63,378 bases of DNA from Bdellovibrionota bacterium (GTDB lineage Bacteria > Bdellovibrionota_C > UBA2361 > OMII01): positions 1 to 63,378 of the forward strand of contig JBIIOE010000006.1 in NCBI GenBank assembly GCA_044337105.1. The letters are read 5' to 3'. The notes beneath the pieces were generated by a model. The model saw nothing but the letters and a program-made list of their open reading frames with translations. It was not told the DNA's origin and searched no databases. The position numbers and the translations under genes are program-made. This document shows, in pieces, positions 29,090-37,289 of the stretch (position 1 is its first letter; each line of letters starts with the position of its first letter).

Positions 29090-30061
29090 ATGGACAGAGT
29101 ATCGATAGCTGGCCTAGGGAGGCGAGGCGAACCCCCTCCCTGCTGCGAAAGCGGATATTGCCTTGCTTGCCTTGCATCCCTAGCGTTAGTCTGCATTTTT
29201 CTTCTGAGTGGTACAGGTTATTCCATGGTAGCCAATGCGGATGACTACATATCTCCCGAGCTCGTCAAGGTCACTACCCCGAAGTATACTGCCTCCCTCG
29301 ATCTCTTCCGGCCCCGCTTCGGTACGTACGAATACACGGTAAGTTGGGAAGGAATCCCAGCGGCCTCCTGCTCACTTACGTTCAAACAGGAAACGGACTA
29401 CTACATCGTCGAGACGGCTGCCCGCACCTACAGCGGCGTGGATCTGCTTTACAAGTTACGGTACAACGCGGTCGGAATTCTTGCGAAAGACGACCTGACA
29501 TCGATCAAGTTGATGATTGATCACCGCGAGAATTCCCGACACAAGCACGTGACGATCGACTTTCTACCGGAAGCTGGGCGTATATCCGCCGTGCGAGGGA
29601 GAGGCGACGACGATCCACACAAAGCAACCGTTTCTTTTGTGCCGCACAATTTCACACTCGATCCAATCGGAGCAGCCTTCATAGCCCGAGCTCTTCCGTG
29701 GAAGACTGGGGAAACAAAAACCTTTGATGTATTCAACGGAAAGAGTCGCTACTATATTCAGTTGACCGCTGTACGACGTGAAACGATCCGTCACAATGGA
29801 GAGGATAAAAAAGTCATCGTCATAACTCCACAGGTGCGTAATTTGACAACAGCGAAGCCTGTTTCGAAACTCCGTGAGGCTTTCATTTACGTTACTGACG
29901 ATCCTCAGCGCGAGGTCTTGAAGATCGTCAGCTCTGTCTTCATTGGCAGCGTGACGACCTCTCTCGAATCCTTTACTCCACTCGCTGCTGAAACCAACAC
30001 GCCTGCCCGAGCCGCTCAGGCCGCCCCTTCCGGTGACGCTGCGGCAAGCGCACCTCTGTAA
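29090..30061 (+). CDS. DUF3108 family exported protein, with a MITE-interrupted signal peptide
   Basis: YTVSWEGIPAA, TLDPIGAAF..R, FDVFNGK.Y, IYVTDD..R..LKI pattern. ATG 29090 has an AGGT RBS. Confidence 0.75.
   Translation: MDRVSIAGLGRRGEPPPCCESGYCLACLASLALVCIFLLSGTGYSMVANADDYISPELVKVTTPKYTASLDLFRPRFGTYEYTVSWEGIPAASCSLTFKQETDYYIVETAARTYSGVDLLYKLRYNAVGILAKDDLTSIKLMIDHRENSRHKHVTIDFLPEAGRISAVRGRGDDDPHKATVSFVPHNFTLDPIGAAFIARALPWKTGETKTFDVFNGKSRYYIQLTAVRRETIRHNGEDKKVIVITPQVRNLTTAKPVSKLREAFIYVTDDPQREVLKIVSSVFIGSVTTSLESFTPLAAETNTPARAAQAAPSGDAAASAPL
29114..29183 (+). mobile_element. 70-bp miniature CTAG element inserted in frame in a CDS
   Basis: CTAGGGAGGCGAGGCGA...TTGCCTTGCATCCCTAG inverted ends, CTAG at both 29114 and 29180. 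Shares CCCCCTCCCTGCTGC.AAAGCGGAT with the 9168 element. Confidence 0.85.
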
Positions 30062-30900
30062 GAAGCCCATCGTTGAATCCCGACGGAAGTTGCCTTCTTT
30101 AATTGCGTGGAGAGGCCGCCGACAACACCAACATGAGCATAAGGGAAGGCGTCGCTGCACGAGCGGCCGGAGACGCCAGTCGGATAAGACGCCACAGAAC
30201 CGGAAGAAGAGCCCTGTTTGGTTCTAGCAATCTTACCCTTAAACACATCGCCTTGGTCACGCTCAGTGCATATATCTTCTTCCTTGTCCGGGAACCCTTC
30301 CGCTAACCGAAACATCCCCGCAATCGCTCGAACTACGTCATTCGGTTGCTCAACGAGGCCATGCTGAGATAACAGAGCTTCCTGACTGATACGCCTTTGG
30401 CCATCGCGAGTAATTGTCTGATCCCTGTGTCGGTCCGTAGAGTCATGTATCAGCGATGAACATGTAAACACCACGTCACCAGCTTCTTCGTAATTCGGAA
30501 GATCGTCATTATAGGCCAGGTAAACCTGGTAACCACACGAGGGGTAGCTCTTCATGGACAGCAATCTTGCATTTATCTCCGCGACAAGAGCCTCAAGTTT
30601 TTCCTGCGTCTGACCAGGCTGGACATTTTTTAGAGTTAACTGGAACTCAAACGTGCTGTGGGGGCCCGGCCGCGCCGTAAGCGTTCCGTTAGTAAGTTCG
30701 AAGAGCTGCTCAAAAGGCACCTCTGGGAGAGCGTTGCTCGCTGCTGCTAGCGTGCTGTTAGGCGCCCCTTGCAAGTCAGGGTACGCCGTAGCAAGCAAGC
30801 TCGCTACTGTAGGGTTCTGCGTCAAAAGCTCACCTAGCTTACCAGGCTCTGCCTGGATTGCTTGCAATAAGGCTCCTGTGTCTACTGCCTGCTGTCCCAT
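30016..30900 (-). CDS. Hypothetical protein
   Basis: 294-aa ORF with strong GAGG RBS. 3' end overlaps the convergent DUF3108 gene by 46 nt. Confidence 0.65.
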   Translation of the reverse strand: MGQQAVDTGALLQAIQAEPGKLGELLTQNPTVASLLATAYPDLQGAPNSTLAAASNALPEVPFEQLFELTNGTLTARPGPHSTFEFQLTLKNVQPGQTQEKLEALVAEINARLLSMKSYPSCGYQVYLAYNDDLPNYEEAGDVVFTCSSLIHDSTDRHRDQTITRDGQRRISQEALLSQHGLVEQPNDVVRAIAGMFRLAEGFPDKEEDICTERDQGDVFKGKIARTKQGSSSGSVASYPTGVSGRSCSDAFPYAHVGVVGGLSTQLKKATSVGIQRWASYRGALAAASPEGAA

Positions 30901-31155
30901 CTGTTATTCCTCACCCTCTAACGCCTGAAAAAATCTCCGAGCAATCGCTTCCTTCTCTTCCGCAGTGTAATCGTCAGTTGAAAGAAGGTAGGCGATCCTA
31001 CGTTGGATCTCTGCAATCAATGCCTCTTTTTCAGGGTCAATTTCGTTTTCCATAGCTCTGAGATGTGAGGATACAGGGTTTATGACCTCTAATCAAAAGA
31101 TCCGCGTATACAGTTGTCCGAAGCTGTCGGTTTGGAGTGGCAAATGGGCACTTAC

Positions 31156-31183
31156 CTGGGGAAACAAGGCAAAACCTCCCCGC
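31156..31183 (+). repeat. Degenerate left end of the CTAG MITE family
   Basis: CTGGGGAAACAAGGCAAAACCTCCCCGC. Confidence 0.45.
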
Positions 31184-31609
31184 AACTCACCATTATCCAT
31201 TTTGAACCTCACTCATCGGCTCCTAGGCGATTGATATGTGGCCGCCTGCAACCAATCTAGTACCCACAAAAATGCAATCGATCTTCTAAGAGCCGAGAAG
31301 GCAAGCGCGGCTGCAGTAGGTAGCTGCTGAATAGAGCGGGCGACCTCTACCGCTTGGTGGTTCAAAGGCAACATTTCCGAACTCCATGCGACTTTTTGTA
31401 GGCGCAGCCTTTCGATACTATGCTGTTCGCAAGGGTGCGTAATGGAGAGGGATGGTAGAAGTGGAGCTCTTGCAGGCTTTGAAACTGCTTTATTTCCGGG
31501 TTCTTTCGAGTACTATCTCTTCCCTTCTCGAAAGCTCGACATCTCTATGAAGAGCTTTATGAGAAAGAGTGATCCATTAATCAGTAGTGCGAGCGCAATT
31601 CGATAAGAA

Positions 31610-33301
31610 GTGAATACCATAGAAGTGCAAAAACATCGCAGCGAGAAGTCAAGCAGCGAGGTCTCTAATCCGCTCGCTGCAGTTACGGTAGCTCTCCAGT
31701 CCCTCAGAGAGTCGTATCTTCAGCCTTTCCGAGAGTTGGAGAGTTTTACTAATTCATTCAGATTTAACACCCTGCAAACGGATACCCGTGCAGTGAAGCC
31801 CGATGGTGTTATTCGTGCTTATTTGACGATAGCGAAGCGCGAGGGACGCGAGCCTACAATTGCCGAGCTCTGCTCTCTTTACAACGGTCGGTATCGGACT
31901 AATTTCCAGAAGCGCGCGGTGCGTGATTGTGTGAGGCTTATTAATGCGAAGGCGCCAGAGGGGATGCGGCGTATCGTGCTTGCGCGCGAGACGACATCTC
32001 AAGTTCACGATGTAGCAGTTATTGATTCGCTGATTAAGATACTCTCGCGAGGGGAGTTTGCGAGCTCGCGGAAGATACTAAAAGAGTTACGCCAGGATCA
32101 TCCGAAGTGTAAGATAACCCCGAGCGGTCTTAAGAAATACTTAAAGAGGCTTCGCCGCGCAGGGATCGATATAAAGCTCAAAATCGGCGAATTGACCGAA
32201 GATATCGTTCGAGAGACTTTTCGTGCGCTTGCCCAGAAGCATGGGAAAACCCCCTCGATCGGACAGCTCTGTGCACGGTTGCAAAAGGAGCATGGCGTTT
32301 CGACCAACCGATATGCCGCGGCAAAGATGTTGGAGAAGGTTCGTAACAGGCAGCCAGAGGACGAACGTTCACAATGGTTAGCTAGTCGCTCACGCAAGGC
32401 GTACGATCACGAGCTGAGAAACGCCTACCGCGAGGTGAGACGCAAGCTCAAAGAGCAACAGATTGGTCGTAGGCCCGCTGTCTCTGAGATTATTGATGTC
32501 CTCGCAGCGAGAAATCCAAGTCGTATTCCGAGTCAGGCCAGCGTGGTGACCGCGTTCGAGCGCCTCAATGAGAGTCGCAAGCAGCAAGGAAAGCCTAAGT
32601 TCCGATTCGTCCGACAGGTTTTTCCGCATCTAGATCGCATCGAATCTGCTTCGAATATCCTGAGAGAGAGAGGAGGGAGGGCGCCGACCATCCCAGAGAT
32701 CTGCCGCTACTTGAAATCTTTGCAAAAGGAAGGCGAGCGAAAGCTCTCGGAATCTCAAGTGTCAAAGGGACTTCGTACACTACGACGTTCGCGTCGAGAG
32801 TGGCCAGTTGCTTTGTTCTCTGAGCGCCGGAGGACGAACGTGTACAACGAAGATATCCTATCCCAGCACTCTGCGTTGCTGGCTCTTCATGGACGTAATC
32901 CAACGCGACTAGAGCTTTGGGAGGCTGTTCGCAGAGCGAATCCGGAGAGCAAGATATCTTTAGCAGGTTTTGATTACCGAATTAAGAGTCTTAGGAGGGC
33001 TGGCCATACCCTTGGTTTTAAGGGCTCGCCTAAGCTCTCGGCTGAAGAGCGTCGTGCAGCGCGGGAAAAGGCGCGCGTAGAAAAGCGCAAAGAGTGGGCG
33101 CACACTATCGTCTCGCAAGTGCTTTCTAAGCGTTATTCAGATGCCCCACCTAAATACATTCAGGAGAAGCGCGGGTTCTTCATCGACTGCGTGAGTATCG
33201 CTCTCGAAGAGAGAATGGAGTTTGCGGATGGGGTCCGCGAGATGCAGGAGTTACTACGAGTTCAGGAGCTCTACAAGAATAAAGGCGCAGCCCGGATGTA
33301 G
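31610..33301 (+). CDS. Basic protein with about six tandem HTH-like repeats, putative DNA-binding protein
   Basis: Recurrent helix-G-x(2)-P-[TS]-xx-[EQ]-[LI] units spaced about 65-80 aa apart, very R/K-rich. Confidence 0.7.
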   Translation: MNTIEVQKHRSEKSSSEVSNPLAAVTVALQSLRESYLQPFRELESFTNSFRFNTLQTDTRAVKPDGVIRAYLTIAKREGREPTIAELCSLYNGRYRTNFQKRAVRDCVRLINAKAPEGMRRIVLARETTSQVHDVAVIDSLIKILSRGEFASSRKILKELRQDHPKCKITPSGLKKYLKRLRRAGIDIKLKIGELTEDIVRETFRALAQKHGKTPSIGQLCARLQKEHGVSTNRYAAAKMLEKVRNRQPEDERSQWLASRSRKAYDHELRNAYREVRRKLKEQQIGRRPAVSEIIDVLAARNPSRIPSQASVVTAFERLNESRKQQGKPKFRFVRQVFPHLDRIESASNILRERGGRAPTIPEICRYLKSLQKEGERKLSESQVSKGLRTLRRSRREWPVALFSERRRTNVYNEDILSQHSALLALHGRNPTRLELWEAVRRANPESKISLAGFDYRIKSLRRAGHTLGFKGSPKLSAEERRAAREKARVEKRKEWAHTIVSQVLSKRYSDAPPKYIQEKRGFFIDCVSIALEERMEFADGVREMQELLRVQELYKNKGAARM

Positions 33302-33518
33302 GAGTTGCGTCAGTTCCGTTCCCGACTAGGCGACTTGCCGCGGCTTGTACCAACCTCTCACATGAGGTTACCAGGCCTCTACGAGAGTAACGTTCGGCTG
33401 AGTTCAGGGCTAGAGACATTCTCTTTCGCAACCTACCTCGGTAAGTGACGCAGAGCTTATCGCGTGGGGCGAGATCGAGGCGGATGCTTCGATCGCTCAT
33501 CAGGACGAGCCGCAAACC

Positions 33519-33890
33519 GTGATTGGTCACGCCAATGGAATGCACGAACTCGCGAGCCCAGGCTTTAAGCAGGGGCAGTCAGTCATTCATACCAAGATCG
33601 GTACCCGCGTCGGCCTCTCCGTGCAAATGCTGGGCTTACCTGATAAAGCAGTAGTCTACGAAGTATCGACCCGCGTGACTCATCCACTCATGACTAATTC
33701 CGAGACCAAGGAGACCAGTACGCAGGGTGCGTGCGAGAGTCCGATGAACATCGGATATACGCGCTATCCCAGTTGGCAATTCGAAGAGACGTGGGAGCTC
33801 ATTGGGGGAGATTGGAAGATCGAGATTCTCTACAAAGGAAAGGTTCTCGTCGCGAAGGATTTCCAGATCGAGGTCGAACGGCTGCCGTAG
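33519..33890 (+). CDS. DUF3859-like protein (start uncertain, possibly N-terminally incomplete)
   Basis: GTRVG...THP...IGY...WELIGGDWKIEILYKGKVL..K.F pattern. Confidence 0.6.
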   Translation: MIGHANGMHELASPGFKQGQSVIHTKIGTRVGLSVQMLGLPDKAVVYEVSTRVTHPLMTNSETKETSTQGACESPMNIGYTRYPSWQFEETWELIGGDWKIEILYKGKVLVAKDFQIEVERLP

Positions 33891-33970
33891 CAAGGTCTTG
33901 CGAATGAATCAAGCGCCGATCACCAGCCCACGCAATTCATACTACCATGCTGCAGCTGTCCGCAGTTCCG

Positions 33971-34033
33971 TAAGGAATCAAGGCAGAACCCCTCGCTGCT
34001 ACGAAAGAGGAGGTTTTACCTCGCTTGCCTAAG
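33971..34033 (+). repeat. Degenerate short copy of the CTAG MITE family
   Basis: TAAGGAATCAAGGCAGAACCCCTCGCTGCTACGAAAG...TTTTACCTCGCTTGCCTAAG has both ends recognisable and a size similar to the 29114 copy. Confidence 0.55.
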
Positions 34034-34042
34034 AGGAAACGC

Positions 34043-35551
34043 TTAGTTACCGCCTGGCTTCCTCGCATAAGTGCGGGTTTTAAACTGAACCACCTTCCCT
34101 TTAAGCCCCTCGTACTTGTGGTCAAATTCGACAGATTCAAGCACCTCAAATCCGACACGCCGGAGAGCTGCCTCCATCTCAGACGGAGTATACAACGCTA
34201 TGAAGCGAGAAATTGGCGTTCCATACTCAGTCGAGATCGACAGACTCTCTCCTGTGCCCGACCGATAGTGAGCATAAAAGATTCCGCCCGGTTCGAGCGT
34301 CTCGAAGGCCTTGCGGAGCACTGCATCGAGTGAAGCTCGCGGTACATGCTGAAGTGAGGAGTTGTGAATCGCAAGGGCAGCAGAGTTGGGAGGTAAATCG
34401 ACCGAGGTGAAGTCGCCTGCCACGAATGTTTGTTCGGGCGACCGCTGTCGTGCAATGGCAAGGAATTTCTCCGAGACATCCACTCCAACATATTCAAAGC
34501 CCCGCGCACTCCAGTACGGAACATCTCTACCTGGACCACATCCGAAGTCTACGACCCTGCCCGAGTGCGAAGCTTTCATACGCTTGACGAGAGAGTCGTA
34601 TTGACCGTGTTCCGCAGCTCCGAATTCAAAGGTTTTGGCGTCGTAAATCTCGGCGATACCGTCGTAGGTGGCTGCAAGATCTCTGGCGATCTGCTGCGGG
34701 CTCTGCTCCGAAGAGCGAAGCGTTAGATCGTTACCGAAGATCTCGACATTAAAAGCAGCATCTTTGAGAACTACCACGCCATATGTATTCGCCGGAGTGC
34801 CATCGTTGCGGAAGTTTTCACTCAAAGACTGTAAGGCGAGATGAGAAGTGCCGAACCTGTCCTGGGTGAGATAGTTCCAGTGCGTGTGTCCGCTCAAAAC
34901 TGCCACGACCTTACCGGACTTTGCGAGCAGCTCTTGAACCTCTTCGCGATTCTCCGTCAGCGCACATTGCGGATACTTCTCAAACCACACGTTGCCGCGC
35001 AAATCTTGGTCGCTGAGCGGATGATGACAGCAGACGAGAACGTGCCGATCTGCTCGCTCGAGCTCGTTACGAAGCCATCGGAGTTGCTCTTTGTCGATAA
35101 AAATTCCGCTTCCACTCTTGTGTTCAGCTGAGTCGACTTTGTGTGAGAACCTGCTGTGCAGCATGATTACACGATGGTCGCCAATATCCTGGGCAAAGTA
35201 AGGGCGATCTAGTCCAAGTGTGGCGGCCAAAGCCTGCTCTGCAACCGACATTACCGGGTGATTCCCGATGCAATGTAGGCTCGGTACCCGTAGAGAGTCG
35301 AATTGCCGCAAGACTCTCTGGAAATTCGCCTGATCAACGGCTGCTCGCGAAGATTCCGGAACCCGAGCTCCGGCATGCTCGATGAGATCACCTAAGCACA
35401 GCACACCCTGAATATCCGACCGTAACGAGGCCTCTTTGAGAACTCCATCCAGAAGCCCGGAAGCAGCATCCGTGAGCTTGCGACCAGAGCAGACCCCTTC
35501 TGCCGCACTACCTGCATGAACGTCTGTAAAAGCCATCAAAGTCGTGACCAT
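34043..35551 (-). CDS. Calcineurin-like metallophosphoesterase fused to a class I SAM methyltransferase
   Basis: TDVH, GDLIE, GNH, HHP, GHTH in the N-half. VDFGCGPGRD, GVDVS and LEPGG in the C-half. AGGAGG RBS. Confidence 0.85.
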   Translation of the reverse strand: MVTTLMAFTDVHAGSAAEGVCSGRKLTDAASGLLDGVLKEASLRSDIQGVLCLGDLIEHAGARVPESSRAAVDQANFQRVLRQFDSLRVPSLHCIGNHPVMSVAEQALAATLGLDRPYFAQDIGDHRVIMLHSRFSHKVDSAEHKSGSGIFIDKEQLRWLRNELERADRHVLVCCHHPLSDQDLRGNVWFEKYPQCALTENREEVQELLAKSGKVVAVLSGHTHWNYLTQDRFGTSHLALQSLSENFRNDGTPANTYGVVVLKDAAFNVEIFGNDLTLRSSEQSPQQIARDLAATYDGIAEIYDAKTFEFGAAEHGQYDSLVKRMKASHSGRVVDFGCGPGRDVPYWSARGFEYVGVDVSEKFLAIARQRSPEQTFVAGDFTSVDLPPNSAALAIHNSSLQHVPRASLDAVLRKAFETLEPGGIFYAHYRSGTGESLSISTEYGTPISRFIALYTPSEMEAALRRVGFEVLESVEFDHKYEGLKGKVVQFKTRTYARKPGGN

Positions 35552-35960
35552 GTATCCTCCTAGGCATCGATTCCGAGCGCCTCATGTATCTAATCAAGGC
35601 AACTCGCACATTTACGAACACCGTTTCATTAGACTGAGCGTACACCCCTCCACCTCGCTAATCAACCATAGCGAGCTAATTTTTAAAATTATATCGGGTA
35701 GAAATATACAGGGGCCGAGCCTCGTCTCTATCTGAAGCTCCCGCAATCGCGTAATTTCAACGGAGAACGCTATCGATTCGCGGATGCGAATCAAAACAAC
35801 AACCTCTAGCGATGTTCGGCAAAAGCCTTGCCAGTTTTACTGGCACGGACTTTTGCATATCACTATAGACAGCCCAGGGGCGGGAATTACCGCCAAGGGT
35901 CGTTCCTCTATCCAGAGGCAATGTTCTGAGCAAGTGTACAGATACACCGCTCAGGTAACC

Positions 35961-37211
35961 TCAATGTGAGAAGCGATTTGCAAGGGAAACGAATGCCTGG
36001 ACAGGCGCAAAGGAACGGATGCATTTCGTGAATGCATCCGGGGTCGCTCGACCACGGAGAAGCGTAGCGGCAATGAACGCCGTCAACCCCCAGGGCGATA
36101 CGGTCTCCGCCCACCCACAGCTCGTGATCCGACTCGGAGACACGTCACCTGTAAGCACTGCAACCAGCTTCTCTCCCTCCCGCAGAGCGAAACAATGCTC
36201 TTCGCGCGTGACGAAGTTTTCGGGAAGAGCCGTCTCGGCGTTCTCTCTCACAAGGGCTCGAGCCACAAACCCTCGTGCCAGTTTACGCTCAGCTTCAGAG
36301 CCTACGGTCACTATTTCGAGACCACGTGCGATTGAAGGGAGCCCTTGCGCATCGTCGTTCACGAAGTGGTGAAACGCTTCTACTGCGCGAGCGACCTTCT
36401 CCTGAGACTGCGTGGACAATGCTTGTTCGATTTGGGCCGCGGCGTTAGCTTCTACCTCTCTATACAGGCGCTCCCCCGCCGCGAGAGGATACAAAACTAC
36501 ACTACGCCCATCCCCTCGATATGGAACCTTGCGTAGGTAGCCCTTCTGCTCGAGCTGCCTCACCGCCGACGACAATGAATTACTCACGAGCGAGAGCGCA
36601 GAGGCAAGCTCTCCAACCTGTGGAGATACCGGCGAGAGCACAACCTCTGCCAATATCTGCCATACGGTACTAGAAAGCGAAGTACCGAACATTGACTCCG
36701 AGAGAAACCCACAGGCTCTGGTTAGACGACGTTGTTCGACACGAAATATCGGCTCACTCGCACGATAGATCGAAGGCGCCGAGCCCATACCATCGGCGAT
36801 ACTCTTGAATAACCACACGACACGTTGTTCCTCTGCCGGGATCAGGTGCGTGACCATCGCTCGATAACTCTCGTTGGCGACCTCGTCGGAGCGCGCTACG
36901 ACGGCACTTCCCGAATCAGTTATTATCAACCTCTTTCTGCGGGCGTGCCCCACCTCAGGCATGACAGCCAAGAGCCCCCTCTTCGAGAGATCCTGAACGA
37001 GACGGGAGACGAACCCTTGGGTCAGATTTAAGACTGTAGCGAGCTCGCCAATACCCAGATCAGGTCTTGCCTGCAATTCAATCAAGAGGTGACTCTCCGC
37101 AAGACTGAGGTCGGTCTCTCGAGAACGACCGACGAAGCGGTTGCGCTGCTGAGTCCTGCGGATAAGGCGATGAATAGCTACTGGTAGTTTCATGGGTGTG
37201 CGCTCGAGCAA
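35961..37211 (-). CDS. Tandem (double) MarR-family regulator with additional helical and GNAT-like regions
   Basis: Two wHTH units (GELATVLNLTQGFVSRLVQDLSKRGLL...RRK..ITDSG; GELASALSL...LEQKGYL...DGRSV). Confidence 0.8.
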   Translation of the reverse strand: MLERTPMKLPVAIHRLIRRTQQRNRFVGRSRETDLSLAESHLLIELQARPDLGIGELATVLNLTQGFVSRLVQDLSKRGLLAVMPEVGHARRKRLIITDSGSAVVARSDEVANESYRAMVTHLIPAEEQRVVWLFKSIADGMGSAPSIYRASEPIFRVEQRRLTRACGFLSESMFGTSLSSTVWQILAEVVLSPVSPQVGELASALSLVSNSLSSAVRQLEQKGYLRKVPYRGDGRSVVLYPLAAGERLYREVEANAAAQIEQALSTQSQEKVARAVEAFHHFVNDDAQGLPSIARGLEIVTVGSEAERKLARGFVARALVRENAETALPENFVTREEHCFALREGEKLVAVLTGDVSPSRITSCGWAETVSPWGLTAFIAATLLRGRATPDAFTKCIRSFAPVQAFVSLANRFSH

Positions 37212-37289
37212 CCCTACCGCATCTTTGAAGGACTTGGCCAGGACACATCGCGGTGCGTCAGCAGCCGCATCAATAGAACCATGCGAGAG

